Program-made: the position numbers and the translations under genes
Notes under the pieces: model-generated
What the model was told of the DNA's origin: nothing
Database searches by the model: none
The model's input: only the letters and a program-made list of their open reading frames with translations
Shown here: positions 9,571 to 18,559 of the stretch, in pieces
How positions within the stretch are numbered: position 1 is the stretch's first letter
Layout of the letters: every line of letters starts with the position of its first letter
NCBI GenBank assembly: GCA_028710695.1
Contig: JAQTTP010000004.1
Coordinates: 30,001 to 62,000, forward strand
From: Candidatus Iainarchaeum sp.
Lineage (GTDB): Archaea > Iainarchaeota > Iainarchaeia > Iainarchaeales > 0-14-0-20-30-16
Length of the DNA: 32,000 bases
Direction of reading: 5' to 3'

Positions 9571-10293
9571 ATGTTTGGTGAGCATGTAAATAACCTCAAA
9601 TATTTGGGATTAACTGAATACCAGGCGAAAGTATTGTATGCTCTTATGAAAAACAAAGTAAGTACTATTTCTGAGATAGAAAACATTGCTGGCGTGCCAA
9701 AGACCAGAATTTATGATGTAATGAAGGAACTAATGGACAAAGATTATGTTATCCAGATAGAAGATAAGCCAAAAAAATATAGAATAAGAAATGTTGATCT
9801 AGTTTTAGATAATCTTGTTGAAACAAAAGAAAAGGAGTTCAATAACGTTAAAGTAACTGTGGGCACAATGAAAGAAATGTTTAAAACAAATGAAATGCCT
9901 TTACAGAACAAAATGATCCATATGGATAAAAAGAACTTCCTAAAGCTATTAAATGAAGAGTTAGCTAATGCCAATCTTAATATCTGTGCTTTCTCTGGTT
10001 CAGAGATAGGGGAAAAAGAGCTAAAAGAGAGGCTTAAGAAGGCAGTAGAGAAGAATATAAGTGTAAAGATTGTCACTCACCCAGAGCATAAAAAGCACAT
10101 TTGGGAGATAGGTGGAGAAGGTAGAGAATTTAACCACAACCTTTTGGCATACCTAATAGATGGGAAAAAAGCTATTTTTAGATTAAATACTGATAGTGAA
10201 CAGCAATATAAAGTGTCAATAGTAGAGAATAATGATGGCTTAGTGAATATGATGAAGTCATACTTTGACAATTGCTGGGCCCAAGGAAAATAA
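9571..10293 (+). CDS. TrmB-family transcriptional regulator
   Basis: LGLTEYQAKVLYALMKNKVSTISEIENIAGVPKTRIYDVMKELMDKDYV is a typical TrmB winged-HTH; C-terminal effector-like domain present. Confidence 0.85.
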   Translation: MFGEHVNNLKYLGLTEYQAKVLYALMKNKVSTISEIENIAGVPKTRIYDVMKELMDKDYVIQIEDKPKKYRIRNVDLVLDNLVETKEKEFNNVKVTVGTMKEMFKTNEMPLQNKMIHMDKKNFLKLLNEELANANLNICAFSGSEIGEKELKERLKKAVEKNISVKIVTHPEHKKHIWEIGGEGREFNHNLLAYLIDGKKAIFRLNTDSEQQYKVSIVENNDGLVNMMKSYFDNCWAQGK

Positions 10294-10304
10294 CTGCAAA
10301 TAAT

Positions 10305-10568
10305 TCAGTAAATATTATCGTGGTGCTCATAATCTAAAAGTCGAACAACTTTTGTATTTTCATCTATTTCGTAAGTAAGGACAAATGATTTACAAATATG
10401 TACTCGACGAGTACCGTGCATATCGCCTTTAAGTGGTTTGTAATGATTTGGTGCCTCTAATATTTCATCTACTTTTTTACGAATTATTTTTAGTTGCTTT
10501 TTGTCTTTTTTTGCTAGCTTTGAAAAAACTTTATCTAAGTGTTCAGGTATTTCTAAAGCATATGTCAT
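10305..10568 (-). CDS. RelE/ParE-superfamily toxin-like protein
   Basis: 87 aa: EIPEHLDKVFSKLAKKDKKQLKIIRKKVDEILEAPNHYKPLKGDMHGTRRVHICKSFVLTYEIDENTKVVRLLDYEHHDNIY, typical RelE-fold pattern; downstream of a small RHH-like gene. Confidence 0.85.
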   Translation of the reverse strand: MTYALEIPEHLDKVFSKLAKKDKKQLKIIRKKVDEILEAPNHYKPLKGDMHGTRRVHICKSFVLTYEIDENTKVVRLLDYEHHDNIY

Positions 10569-10570
10569 AG

Positions 10571-10792
10571 TTATAACCCATACCTTTTAGCAAAATTATC
10601 AACTTTTATAAATTTGCCTTGCCTAATTCTTTCTAATTTTTGAATATATTCTTGTTTTACTTCTGGTTCGTTTTCTATTATGGATCGCATAAAAAACTCT
10701 ATTTGTTTACTCATACTCATTCCATTGCTTTTACAAAAATCAGAAAATCTCTTGTATACTGTTTCTTCAACATTAAACGTCTTTAAAGTCAT
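10571..10792 (-). CDS. small RHH-type antitoxin-like protein
   Basis: MTLKTFNVEETVYKRFSDFCKSNGMSMSKQIEFFMRSIIENEP resembles a ribbon-helix-helix core; 2 bp upstream of the toxin gene. ATG at 10792 preferred over the tracked GTG at 10801, because GTGAT then acts as the SD. Confidence 0.75.
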   Translation of the reverse strand: MTLKTFNVEETVYKRFSDFCKSNGMSMSKQIEFFMRSIIENEPEVKQEYIQKLERIRQGKFIKVDNFAKRYGL

Positions 10793-10804
10793 AATTATCA
10801 CTTA

Positions 10805-10822
10805 TTATTTAATATTAAATAA
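10805..10822. promoter_or_regulatory. 18-bp perfect palindrome TTATTTAATATTAAATAA, candidate TA operator
   Basis: Perfect self-complementary sequence 12 bp upstream of the antitoxin ATG. Confidence 0.5.
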
Positions 10823-10944
10823 CATTATTTAAACTTATTGTTTTTGTGCTTTGGGTTGTGAAGGGATTCTTTTTAAAGGTTACTATATAATACTTATATA
10901 ATATCTTATTTTCAACCTGTGAACTGTAATAGGGAGGTGTTGTG

Positions 10945-11310
10945 ATGCCACAGTTTGTGAAATTTGAAACCCCACAAGAGACTTATGAGAAAATAAAAGC
11001 TTTACTTTCTAAGGTGTCTAAGGGTGGAAAAATAAAAGCCGGAGTTAATGAAGTAACTAAGGTAATTGAAAGAGGAATGGCTAAGTTTGTAGTAATGGCT
11101 GAGGATGTTAGCCCTGAGGAACTTTTAATGCACATACCTGTTTTGTGTAAGGAGAAAAAAGTAACATTTGCTTACTTGCCAACAAAAAAGGATTTGGGCG
11201 AAGCTTCAGGATTAAAGATTTCAGCATCATGTATTGCAATAACTGATGAAGGAACTTTAGCTAAAGACGTTGAACAGTTGAAGAAGCAATTGTTGGAACT
11301 GGTTAAATGA
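10945..11310 (+). CDS. rpl7ae: ribosomal protein L7Ae
   Basis: KAGVNEVTKVIERGMAKFVVMAEDVSPEELLMHIPVLCKEKKVTFAYLPTKKDLGEASGL is diagnostic; SD ggaggtg; start at ATG 10945. Confidence 0.97.
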   Translation: MPQFVKFETPQETYEKIKALLSKVSKGGKIKAGVNEVTKVIERGMAKFVVMAEDVSPEELLMHIPVLCKEKKVTFAYLPTKKDLGEASGLKISASCIAITDEGTLAKDVEQLKKQLLELVK

Positions 11311-11320
11311 GGTGTTTTGA

Positions 11321-11533
11321 ATGGCTGATGAAATGGGAACACCTGCAGAAATAGTGGAACTAATAAAAAGAACAGGTGTGAGTGGAGAAATAACTCAAGT
11401 TCTTTGTAGAATCCTTGATGGCCCTGAAAAAGGAAGAGTAAAAAGAAGAAATGTTAAAGGCCCAGTACAGAAAGGAGATGTCTTAGTTTTGCTAAATGTA
11501 CAGAAGGAAGCAAAAGAGATAAGAGCAAGGTGA
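11321..11533 (+). CDS. rps28e: ribosomal protein S28e
   Basis: Conserved ...[32 protein letters not shown]...EAKEIRAR. Confidence 0.95.
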   Translation: MADEMGTPAEIVELIKRTGVSGEITQVLCRILDGPEKGRVKRRNVKGPVQKGDVLVLLNVQKEAKEIRAR

Positions 11534-11537
11534 TAGC

Positions 11538-11705
11538 ATGAAGTGTTCATTCTGTAGTAAGGAAATTAAGGAAGGCAACGGAGTAGAATATGTGAAAAAT
11601 GATGGAACCATATTCTTCTTTTGTAGTTCTAAGTGCCAGAAGAATAAATTAAAGCTCAAGAGAAACCCAAACAAAGTAAGATGGGTTAAAAGAGTTAAGA
11701 AGTAA
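11538..11705 (+). CDS. rpl24e: ribosomal protein L24e (55 aa, not in supplied ORF track)
   Basis: Manual translation [55 protein letters not shown]; SD GGTGAT; canonical location after S28e. Confidence 0.96.
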   Translation: MKCSFCSKEIKEGNGVEYVKNDGTIFFFCSSKCQKNKLKLKRNPNKVRWVKRVKK

Positions 11706-11717
11706 AGGAGTCAGGAT

Positions 11718-13421
11718 ATGATTAGAGAGCCGATAGTTGTTGTTGCAGGCCATGTTGATCATGGAAAAACAACACTATTAGATGCAATTAGAGGAAGTAC
11801 AGTTGCATTGAAAGAAGCGGGGAGAATTACTCAGCACATTGGAGCAACAGATGTTCCAATGGAAGTAGTAAATAGCTTTGCAGGGCCTCTAATCGAAAAA
11901 TTCAAATTTGATTTGAAGATTCCGGGGCTTTTGTTTATAGATACTCCTGGGCACGAGGCATTCTTTACCTTAAGGCAAAGAGGATGCGGCCTTGCAGATA
12001 TTGCAATTTTGATTGTTGATATAATGCAAGGATTGCAACCACAAACAAAAGAGGTAATAAAATACTTAAAAGAGAATAAAACCCCCTTTATTGTGGCTTT
12101 GACAAAGGCGGATATGCTCCAAGGTTGGGACAAAACTCAGAAAATAGATATTTTAATGAGAGAAGTTGATGAAGGCACAAGCAATTTAGCAAAAGACTTT
12201 AATAATAGATTTTACAAAATCTATGGAGATCTTTACGAACAGGGTTATCCTGTTGAAAGATTTGACAAAATAAAGGATTTTACTAGAGAGGTAATTCTTT
12301 TACCAGTAAGTGCAAAGACTGGACAAGGGTTAGAATACTTGCTCTTGTTTTTGTCCGGTTTGTCTCAGAAATACTTAGAAAAAAAGCTTGCTTTGAATGT
12401 TGAAGGCAAAGCAAAAGGATTTGTTCTAGAAGTGAAAGAAGCAAAAGGGCTTGGAACAGTAATAGATGTAATAATTACTGATGGAGTAATTAGAAAAAAT
12501 GATTTTATTTGCCTAAGCGGAAAGCTTGGCACAATGTACACTAAAATCAAAGGTATTTTGAAACCAAAAGAACTGCAAGAAATAATGCAGAAGAAGGTTG
12601 ACTTTGATTATGTTGACGAAGCAACTGCTGCAGCAGGAGTTAGGATTGTAGCACATAAGCTTGATTCTGTTGTTGCGGGAGATAGCTTGGCAGTTGTAGA
12701 TGTAATCTGCGACGAAGAAAAGTGTGAAGTATTGTGTAGGGAAAAAGGGATACTTGTTAAAGCAGACACAATAGGATCTTTAGAAGCATTAGATTCATTG
12801 ATAAAGAAAGAAGGTTTAGAAGTATTGCAATCAGGAATTGGCAATATAACAAAAGAAGATATTCTGAAGGCATCTATTGCAGATAGCTGGAAAGATAGAG
12901 TGATATTTGGATTTAATGTAAATATCCTAGATAATGCTTTAGATTTGCAGAAAAGCAAGGATGTTCATGTGATCCAGAGTTCAGTAGTTTATGATTTAAT
13001 TGAGAAATATAAAAAATGGATAACAGAGCAAGATAGCAAAAACTTTGAAGAGCTTGTGAAGAAATCAGGGCACCCTGTTTCCTTTAAAATATTTCCTGAG
13101 CATATATTTAAAAGGACCAAACCTTTGGTTTGCGGAGTAAAGGTAATAAGTGGAAAGCTTTATCCTGGAACAAAGGTAGCAATTGATGGAAAAGTTCTTG
13201 GAGTAGTTAAGCAAGTTCAGGATAATGGAAAATCAATAGAATTTGCATCTGAAGGCCAAGAAGTTGCTGTTTCAATTGATGGCGGAAATTCAGACAAAAT
13301 TGATTTAAATAAGGAAGTAATATCCTATTTTAGAGAATATGAAATGGGAGAATTCAAGAAATATTTATCAAATGATTTGATTAAAAAAGTTGAGGAATTA
13401 AGTAGGAGTTTGTTAGACTAA
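11718..13421 (+). CDS. infB: translation initiation factor aIF5B (IF-2 family)
   Basis: VVVAGHVDHGKTTLLDAIRG, FIDTPGHEAFTTLRQRG-type G3 (FIDTPGHEAFFTLRQRG), NKTD-like TKAD, C-terminal IF-2 domains. Confidence 0.97.
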   Translation: MIREPIVVVAGHVDHGKTTLLDAIRGSTVALKEAGRITQHIGATDVPMEVVNSFAGPLIEKFKFDLKIPGLLFIDTPGHEAFFTLRQRGCGLADIAILIVDIMQGLQPQTKEVIKYLKENKTPFIVALTKADMLQGWDKTQKIDILMREVDEGTSNLAKDFNNRFYKIYGDLYEQGYPVERFDKIKDFTREVILLPVSAKTGQGLEYLLLFLSGLSQKYLEKKLALNVEGKAKGFVLEVKEAKGLGTVIDVIITDGVIRKNDFICLSGKLGTMYTKIKGILKPKELQEIMQKKVDFDYVDEATAAAGVRIVAHKLDSVVAGDSLAVVDVICDEEKCEVLCREKGILVKADTIGSLEALDSLIKKEGLEVLQSGIGNITKEDILKASIADSWKDRVIFGFNVNILDNALDLQKSKDVHVIQSSVVYDLIEKYKKWITEQDSKNFEELVKKSGHPVSFKIFPEHIFKRTKPLVCGVKVISGKLYPGTKVAIDGKVLGVVKQVQDNGKSIEFASEGQEVAVSIDGGNSDKIDLNKEVISYFREYEMGEFKKYLSNDLIKKVEELSRSLLD

Positions 13422-13431
13422 GGTGATAAAA

Positions 13432-13824
13432 ATGATAGTGAATTTATCTAATCCAAAAACATCAAAAACATATACTGTTAAAGTTGATAGTCCTGTTTAC
13501 ATCGGAAAAAAAATTGGGGACGAAGTTCAATTAGAAACAATTGGAGTTAATGGAAAAGGAATTATAACTGGCGGTTCAACAAAAGAAGGAATGGCAATGG
13601 CTTCTTTTTTAGGTAATCAAGGCCACAAAAGAGTTTTGTTAAGCCCAGGGTTTGGGTTCAAAGACTCAAAAATTAAAGGCGAAAAAGTAAGAAAAACTTT
13701 GCACGGAACTTTTGTTGATGATAGAATCGCACAAATAAATATAAAATTAGTTGAATTAAAAGAAGACAATTTAGATGCTAAATTTGGAAAACCAAAGGAA
13801 GAAAAGAAGGATAAGAAAGAATAA
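13432..13824 (+). CDS. rps6e: ribosomal protein S6e
   Basis: GGSTKEGMAM...GHKRVLLSPGFGF...KGEKVRKTLHGTFVDDRIAQINIKL; start ATG 13432 after SD ggtgat. Confidence 0.95.
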   Translation: MIVNLSNPKTSKTYTVKVDSPVYIGKKIGDEVQLETIGVNGKGIITGGSTKEGMAMASFLGNQGHKRVLLSPGFGFKDSKIKGEKVRKTLHGTFVDDRIAQINIKLVELKEDNLDAKFGKPKEEKKDKKE

Positions 13825-13835
13825 TGTGATAGCTT

Positions 13836-15017
13836 ATGGTAGATACTAAACAGGCAGTAGTAAATATTGGTTTAATTGGCCACGTAGACCATGGAAAAAC
13901 CAGTATTACAAAAATGCTGTCTGGAAAGTGGACCGACACTCATTCTGAAGAAATAAAAAGAGGAATCTCAATTAGATTGGGATTTGCAGATACTGTTTTT
14001 TATAAATGTAACAAATGTGGTGCCTATACCTCCGAAGAAAAATGTAAGTGTGGTGGAAAGGCAACTGCTTTACGAAGAGTTTCATTTGTTGATGCTCCTG
14101 GCCACGAAACTTTGATGGCAACTATGCTTAGTGGTGCAACAATAATGGACGGTGCTTTGCTAATAATTGCTGCAAACGAAGAATGCCCTCAGCCAAGAAC
14201 AAAAGAGCATTTGATGGCGGTTAAGATGTCTGGGGTAAAGAACGTTGTTGTTGTTCAAAATAAAGTTGACTTGGTAACTAAAGAAAAAGCACTTGAAAAT
14301 TATAATCAAATAAAGACTTTTTTAGAATCTGTTGGATATAAAGATGTTCCAATAATCCCTGTTTCAGCAAATATGGGTTTGAACAAGTCTGAATTAATTC
14401 AAGCAATAGAAGAAACAATAGAAACTCCTAAGCACGATGATAAAGCAAATCTGTATATGTGTATAGTTAGGTCATTTGATATTAATAAACCAGGGAATGA
14501 TATAGAGAATTTAATTGGCGGTGTTCTTGGTGGAACAATCCTTAAAGGCCAGATAAAAGTTGGAGACGAAATAGAGATTTCACCAATGGATGGGGAAAAA
14601 CTAATAACTAAAGTTGTATCTTTAAGAACTGATAAAGGCGAATTAGAAGTAGCAAAATCAGGTGGTTTAATTGCTGTTGGGACAGAATTGGACCCAGCAA
14701 TGAGTTACAATGATTCTATGAAAGGAAAAGTAGTTGGGCATGTTGGAAAATTGCCAAACCCTGTATCACAAATAGAGTTGGATGTTACTTCTCTAGAAAG
14801 AGAATTAATGAAATTTGATAAACCAATATTTATTAATGAACCATTAGTTTTGACTATTGGAACAAGCACAAATTTGGGAATTGCAAGTGCAATAACTAAA
14901 AATAAGGTAAAAATAAATCTGAAGTTAAAGAGTATAATAGAAAAAGGACAGAATATTGCAATAAGTAGGAATTTCCAGAACGGCTGGCATTTGTATGGTT
15001 ATGGAAGAAGTATATGA
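13836..15017 (+). CDS. eif2g: translation initiation factor aIF2 subunit gamma
   Basis: NIGLIGHVDHGKTSITKMLSG, zinc ribbon CNKCGAYTSEEKCKCGG, VDAPGHETLMATMLSGATIMDGALLIIAANEECPQPRTKEH. Confidence 0.97.
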   Translation: MVDTKQAVVNIGLIGHVDHGKTSITKMLSGKWTDTHSEEIKRGISIRLGFADTVFYKCNKCGAYTSEEKCKCGGKATALRRVSFVDAPGHETLMATMLSGATIMDGALLIIAANEECPQPRTKEHLMAVKMSGVKNVVVVQNKVDLVTKEKALENYNQIKTFLESVGYKDVPIIPVSANMGLNKSELIQAIEETIETPKHDDKANLYMCIVRSFDINKPGNDIENLIGGVLGGTILKGQIKVGDEIEISPMDGEKLITKVVSLRTDKGELEVAKSGGLIAVGTELDPAMSYNDSMKGKVVGHVGKLPNPVSQIELDVTSLERELMKFDKPIFINEPLVLTIGTSTNLGIASAITKNKVKINLKLKSIIEKGQNIAISRNFQNGWHLYGYGRSI

Positions 15018-15375
15018 TATTGTAGTTGTTGATACAAGTGTTTTGATATCAGCTTATGAACTTAAAAAAGATCCTTTTGAAGGATTAGATGTTAAACAAA
15101 TATACATTCCGGGAAGCGTTGTTAGAGAGCTTGAAAAATTGGAGAAAACCGCAACAAAATACAATGTTGCTAAAAGGTTAATATTTAAGTTATTATCCTT
15201 ATACAATATTATAATCGGGAAAGACGAAGGAAGCTTTGCCGACAAAGAAATGTTAAATTTAGTGGGAAAATATAAAGTATTTTTCACAAATGATAAAATG
15301 CTTAAAAAAGAAATAAAAAATAAAGGTGGAATAGTTTATTCTTTTTCAGCAAAAGGATTAAGAAAATATAATTAA
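15001..15375 (+). CDS. PIN-domain ribonuclease-like protein
   Basis: VVVDTSVLISAYELKKDPF...IPGSVVRELEKLEK...ADKEMLNLVGKYKVFFTNDKMLKKEI; overlaps the 3' end of aIF2-gamma. Confidence 0.85.
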   Translation: MEEVYDIVVVDTSVLISAYELKKDPFEGLDVKQIYIPGSVVRELEKLEKTATKYNVAKRLIFKLLSLYNIIIGKDEGSFADKEMLNLVGKYKVFFTNDKMLKKEIKNKGGIVYSFSAKGLRKYN

Positions 15376-15378
15376 TGG

Positions 15379-16011
15379 GTGGAAAACATGTTTTACATTG
15401 TAGATATGGAAAAAGTTGTAAGAATACCAGCATCAAAGTTTGGATCTGAATTAAAAGAAATAGTAAAAGATGTTCTGAACGACGAGATTGAGGGAAAGAT
15501 TGATGAAAGATATGGTGTTGTAATTTGTGTTGTTGATATTCTTGACTTTGGAGAAGCAAAAGTTCCTTTAGGGGACAGCGCGGCATATATAACTGTAAAA
15601 TACAAAACTTTAGTATTCTCTCCAGAAATTGGAGCAATATACGAAACAAATGTAAAAGATGTAGTTGAGTTTGGAGTATTCTTGGGTTTGGGTCCTTTTG
15701 ATGGGCTTGTTCACGTATCACAATTAATGGACGATTTCATAAATTTTGATACAAAAGACAGAAAATTTGTTGGTAGAGATACAAAGCTAACTTTGGAAAA
15801 CGAAGATTTAGTTTATGCTAAACTAATTAATTGTAGTTATGGAAGCGATGTAGTTCAATCAAAGATCGGATTGACAATGAGACAAAAAGGATTAGGAAAA
15901 ATGGAATGGATAATGAAAGCAAGAAAGGATGTTGAAGGCGGAGAAGAAACCGCTAAAAAAGAAGCAAAGAAAGAAGGAACAAAAAAAGTAACTAAAAAAG
16001 AAGCAAAATAA
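15379..16011 (+). CDS. rpoE1: RNA polymerase subunit Rpo7 (RpoE')
   Basis: MFYIVDMEKVVRIPASKFG...EGKIDERYGVVICVVDI...GDSAAYITVKYKTLVFSPEIGAIYETNVKDVVEFGVFLGLGPFDGLVHVSQ; Lys/Glu-rich tail. Confidence 0.95.
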   Translation: MENMFYIVDMEKVVRIPASKFGSELKEIVKDVLNDEIEGKIDERYGVVICVVDILDFGEAKVPLGDSAAYITVKYKTLVFSPEIGAIYETNVKDVVEFGVFLGLGPFDGLVHVSQLMDDFINFDTKDRKFVGRDTKLTLENEDLVYAKLINCSYGSDVVQSKIGLTMRQKGLGKMEWIMKARKDVEGGEETAKKEAKKEGTKKVTKKEAK

Positions 16012-16030
16012 TTACGCGGGATGATTAATT

Positions 16031-16228
16031 ATGGTAAAAAGAGATTTTGCATGTAAGACTTGTGGATATATAAGTGAGGAAGAAATAGAATTATGTCCTG
16101 CTTGTAATAATAAAAAATTCACAACTTTTTGGCAAGGATATGTAGTTATAATTGATGTTGAAAAGTCTCAAGTAGCAAAAATACTTGGGATAACAAAACC
16201 AGGAAAGTTTGCATTAAGGATAGGATAA
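16031..16228 (+). CDS. spt4: Spt4 / RpoE'' zinc-ribbon transcription factor
   Basis: CKTCGYISEEEIELCPACNNKKFTTFWQGYVVIIDVEKSQVAKILGITKPGKFALRI. Confidence 0.93.
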   Translation: MVKRDFACKTCGYISEEEIELCPACNNKKFTTFWQGYVVIIDVEKSQVAKILGITKPGKFALRIG

Positions 16229-16237
16229 GGTGATAAA

Positions 16238-16636
16238 ATGAAATTTAAGACAGTAAAAGAATCAGACAATAGATTGCTTAATAGAAGAGAGTTTATGATT
16301 TTGGTTGAGGATACAGATAAAACTCCAAAGAGAGACGATCTTGTAAAACAAATCTCTGCAAAAATGGGATTCGACGACAAGAAAGTAGTTGTTGATAAGA
16401 TCTTCACAACATATGGTATACCAGAAGTTAGAGTTTATGTTAAAGTTTATGACAACGTAAAGGATTTAGAAGAAATAGAATCAAAGAAAAACAACAAGGT
16501 AAGAGCAAAAATATTAGGGCTAGAAGTTAAAGATGGAAAGAAAGGAGCAAAAGGAAAAGCACCTGCTAAAGCACCCGCAAAGGAAGAAGCTAAAGTAGAG
16601 GCTCCAAAAGCACCAAAAGAAGAGAAGAAAGAATAA
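16238..16636 (+). CDS. rps24e: ribosomal protein S24e
   Basis: DNRLLNRREFMILVED...KTPKRDDLVKQISAKMG...VVVDKIFTTYGIPEVRVYVKVYDN; extended Ala/Lys/Pro tail. Confidence 0.93.
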   Translation: MKFKTVKESDNRLLNRREFMILVEDTDKTPKRDDLVKQISAKMGFDDKKVVVDKIFTTYGIPEVRVYVKVYDNVKDLEEIESKKNNKVRAKILGLEVKDGKKGAKGKAPAKAPAKEEAKVEAPKAPKEEKKE

Positions 16637-16652
16637 TAGGAAGTGAATAGTT

Positions 16653-16844
16653 ATGGCTGAAGAAAAGAAAAAAGAAAGTAAGAAGACAAAGAGAATAAAG
16701 AAATCAGCTTTTTATAAAGTTGAAGAAGACAAGATAGTTAGAGATCACAAGTGCTGCCCTAAATGCGGATCAGGAGTATTCTTGGCAAGCCACAAAGACA
16801 GATACACTTGCGGAAAATGTCAGTATACTGAATGGAAAAAATGA
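16653..16844 (+). CDS. rps27ae: ribosomal protein S27ae
   Basis: [29 protein letters not shown] zinc ribbon. Confidence 0.93.
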   Translation: MAEEKKKESKKTKRIKKSAFYKVEEDKIVRDHKCCPKCGSGVFLASHKDRYTCGKCQYTEWKK

Positions 16845-16855
16845 GTAAGTAAATA

Positions 16856-16882
16856 AGGGTCAAATCTTTTACCCTCTTTTTA
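16856..16882 (+). terminator. hairpin AGGGT-(10 nt)-ACCCT followed by CTTTTT
   Basis: AGGGT 16856-16860 and ACCCT 16871-16875 then CTTTTTATAT, just after the S27ae stop. Confidence 0.55.
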
Positions 16883-16896
16883 TATATTTATTTTGT

Positions 16897-17550
16897 TTGT
16901 CTTTATCTTGGCCTTATAATGTCGGACTCAACAGGATCTTTTTCCTACCTGTGGATCCAAGGGGCATTTTATTTATAAATTATCCTGATTTTATTAATAC
17001 TATGGCATGGTGGTTGAATCTAATTTTTTTAATCCTACCAATAATCTATTTTTTTATTTATCGAAAGTATCACTCTGACGGGACAATTGTTGAAGACTTA
17101 AAGAAGTTTTTTGGGCTTAAAAAAATAAAATTCGAAAGTTTGTATCTTGGAGTAAAGCTATTTTTTATTCTTATTTTTGTATCTCTTGCAATAAACTTGG
17201 TTGTGTACTTTGCTTTGCCGCAATATAATGATCTGGGAAATGTAAAACAGAACTTTATGTTCTATGTTGAATCTGGGAAACTAGTTTACTTTTTCGTAAT
17301 GTTGGTCATAGGGGTGTTTTTAGAGGAATACTTCTTTAGGGCATTCTTGGTAAGCAGGATTGGAATGTTCCTTTCTACTCTTGCCTTTGCTTTGTTGCAC
17401 TATGGTTATGGTTCTTGGGTTGAAATGATTGGGGCTTTTGTGTTGGGGCTTATATTGGCTTGGTATTATAAGAAACACCAAGACCTTTTCGTTAATTTTT
17501 ATGCACATATATTGTATAACATATTTGCAATTGTTTTGATGCTTATTTAG
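16897..17550 (+). CDS. CPBP-family intramembrane metalloprotease (CAAX/Abi-like)
   Basis: Multiple TM helices with EEYFFRAFLVSR (EExxxR), FALLHYGYG and later helix GLILAWYYKKHQDLFVNFYAHILYN. True start uncertain (tracked start is a TTG). Confidence 0.85.
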   Translation: MSLSWPYNVGLNRIFFLPVDPRGILFINYPDFINTMAWWLNLIFLILPIIYFFIYRKYHSDGTIVEDLKKFFGLKKIKFESLYLGVKLFFILIFVSLAINLVVYFALPQYNDLGNVKQNFMFYVESGKLVYFFVMLVIGVFLEEYFFRAFLVSRIGMFLSTLAFALLHYGYGSWVEMIGAFVLGLILAWYYKKHQDLFVNFYAHILYNIFAIVLMLI

Positions 17551-17558
17551 TGATCTAA

Positions 17559-18536
17559 ATGAATATACTTGGAATTGAGAGTACTGCACACACATTAGGG
17601 GTGGGGATCGTAACTGACAAAGGTAAGATCTTTGCTAATGAACGAGATACCCTTAAAACAGAAGGTAGAGGATTTCTTCCTCGAGAGATTGCTGAACATA
17701 ATTTTGCAGTAGCTCCCTCTATTCTAGATTCTGCTTTAGAGAAAAGCAAATTATCTATGAAAGATATTGATTTGATCTCTTTCTCACAAGGTCCTGGGTT
17801 TGGGCAGTGCTTGGGTTGTGGTGCTGTTTTTGGAAGATCTTTATCTCTTAAGTATGGAATTCCCTTAATTGGAATAAATCACTGTGTTGCACATATTGAA
17901 ATTGGTAAGCTTGTTACTGGATTAAAAGATCCTTTGACTATATTCACCTCTGGAGCAAATACCCAGATTATAGCCCATAAGAATGGCAGATATAGGGTAT
18001 TTGGAGAAACTTTAGATATGGGGCTAGGGAATGCAATTGATCACTTGGGGCGATATTTAGGATATGGATTCCCTTCGGGCCAAATAATGGATAGTATGTA
18101 TTCTCAAGGAAACTATATTGACTTGCCTTATACTGTGAAGGGAATGGATTTGGCCTTTTCGGGGATTCTAACTGCTGCAAGGAATAAGATTGGGAAAGAG
18201 AGTAAGGAAGATATCTCGCATTCATTTCTACATAACGTGTATTCAATGCTTTTAGAAGTTACAGAGAGGGCCTTGGCCTACACCCAGAAGAAAGAACTTT
18301 TGGTTGTTGGTGGTGTTGCAGCATCTAAGCCGCTTAGAGAAATGACTGGAATAATGGCAAAAGATAGAGGGATCAAGGTGGCATATCCTGAGATGCAGTA
18401 TTGTGGTGATAATGGGGCCATGATTGCTTGGCAAGGATATTTGCAGTATGTAAAGGGCAAGGAAAGAATGAAAATAGAAGATACAGTAGTTAAGCCTTAT
18501 CAGAGATTGGATAGTGTGGAGATTAGTTATATTTAA
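17559..18536 (+). CDS. kae1: Kae1/TsaD, KEOPS tRNA threonylcarbamoyladenosine catalytic subunit
   Basis: ILGIESTAHTLGVGIV, SQGPGFGQCLGCG, NHCVAHIEIGKL, GETLDMGLGNAIDHLGR, VVGGVAASKPLREM, YCGDNGAMIAWQG. Ends without a Bud32 kinase domain. Confidence 0.97.
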   Translation: MNILGIESTAHTLGVGIVTDKGKIFANERDTLKTEGRGFLPREIAEHNFAVAPSILDSALEKSKLSMKDIDLISFSQGPGFGQCLGCGAVFGRSLSLKYGIPLIGINHCVAHIEIGKLVTGLKDPLTIFTSGANTQIIAHKNGRYRVFGETLDMGLGNAIDHLGRYLGYGFPSGQIMDSMYSQGNYIDLPYTVKGMDLAFSGILTAARNKIGKESKEDISHSFLHNVYSMLLEVTERALAYTQKKELLVVGGVAASKPLREMTGIMAKDRGIKVAYPEMQYCGDNGAMIAWQGYLQYVKGKERMKIEDTVVKPYQRLDSVEISYI

Positions 18537-18559
18537 CTGTGGCAGGAATTGGGATTGTT

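Noticed and set aside
10870-10944. L7Ae-binding kink-turn in its own leader
   Set aside because: L7Ae autoregulation through a K-turn is known, but no tandem G-A internal loop flanked by convincing stems could be identified by eye.
15001-15375. PIN protein as VapC toxin of a TA pair
   Set aside because: No antitoxin-like ORF adjacent; embedded between aIF2-gamma and rpo7 like a housekeeping gene.
15302-15721. 139-aa minus-strand ORF
   Set aside because: Antisense to PIN and rpo7; His/Leu/Gln-rich shadow translation.
16897-17550. CPBP protease as part of an Abi-type defence system
   Set aside because: The family is also widespread in housekeeping roles, and neighbours are ribosomal and KEOPS genes with no defence partner.
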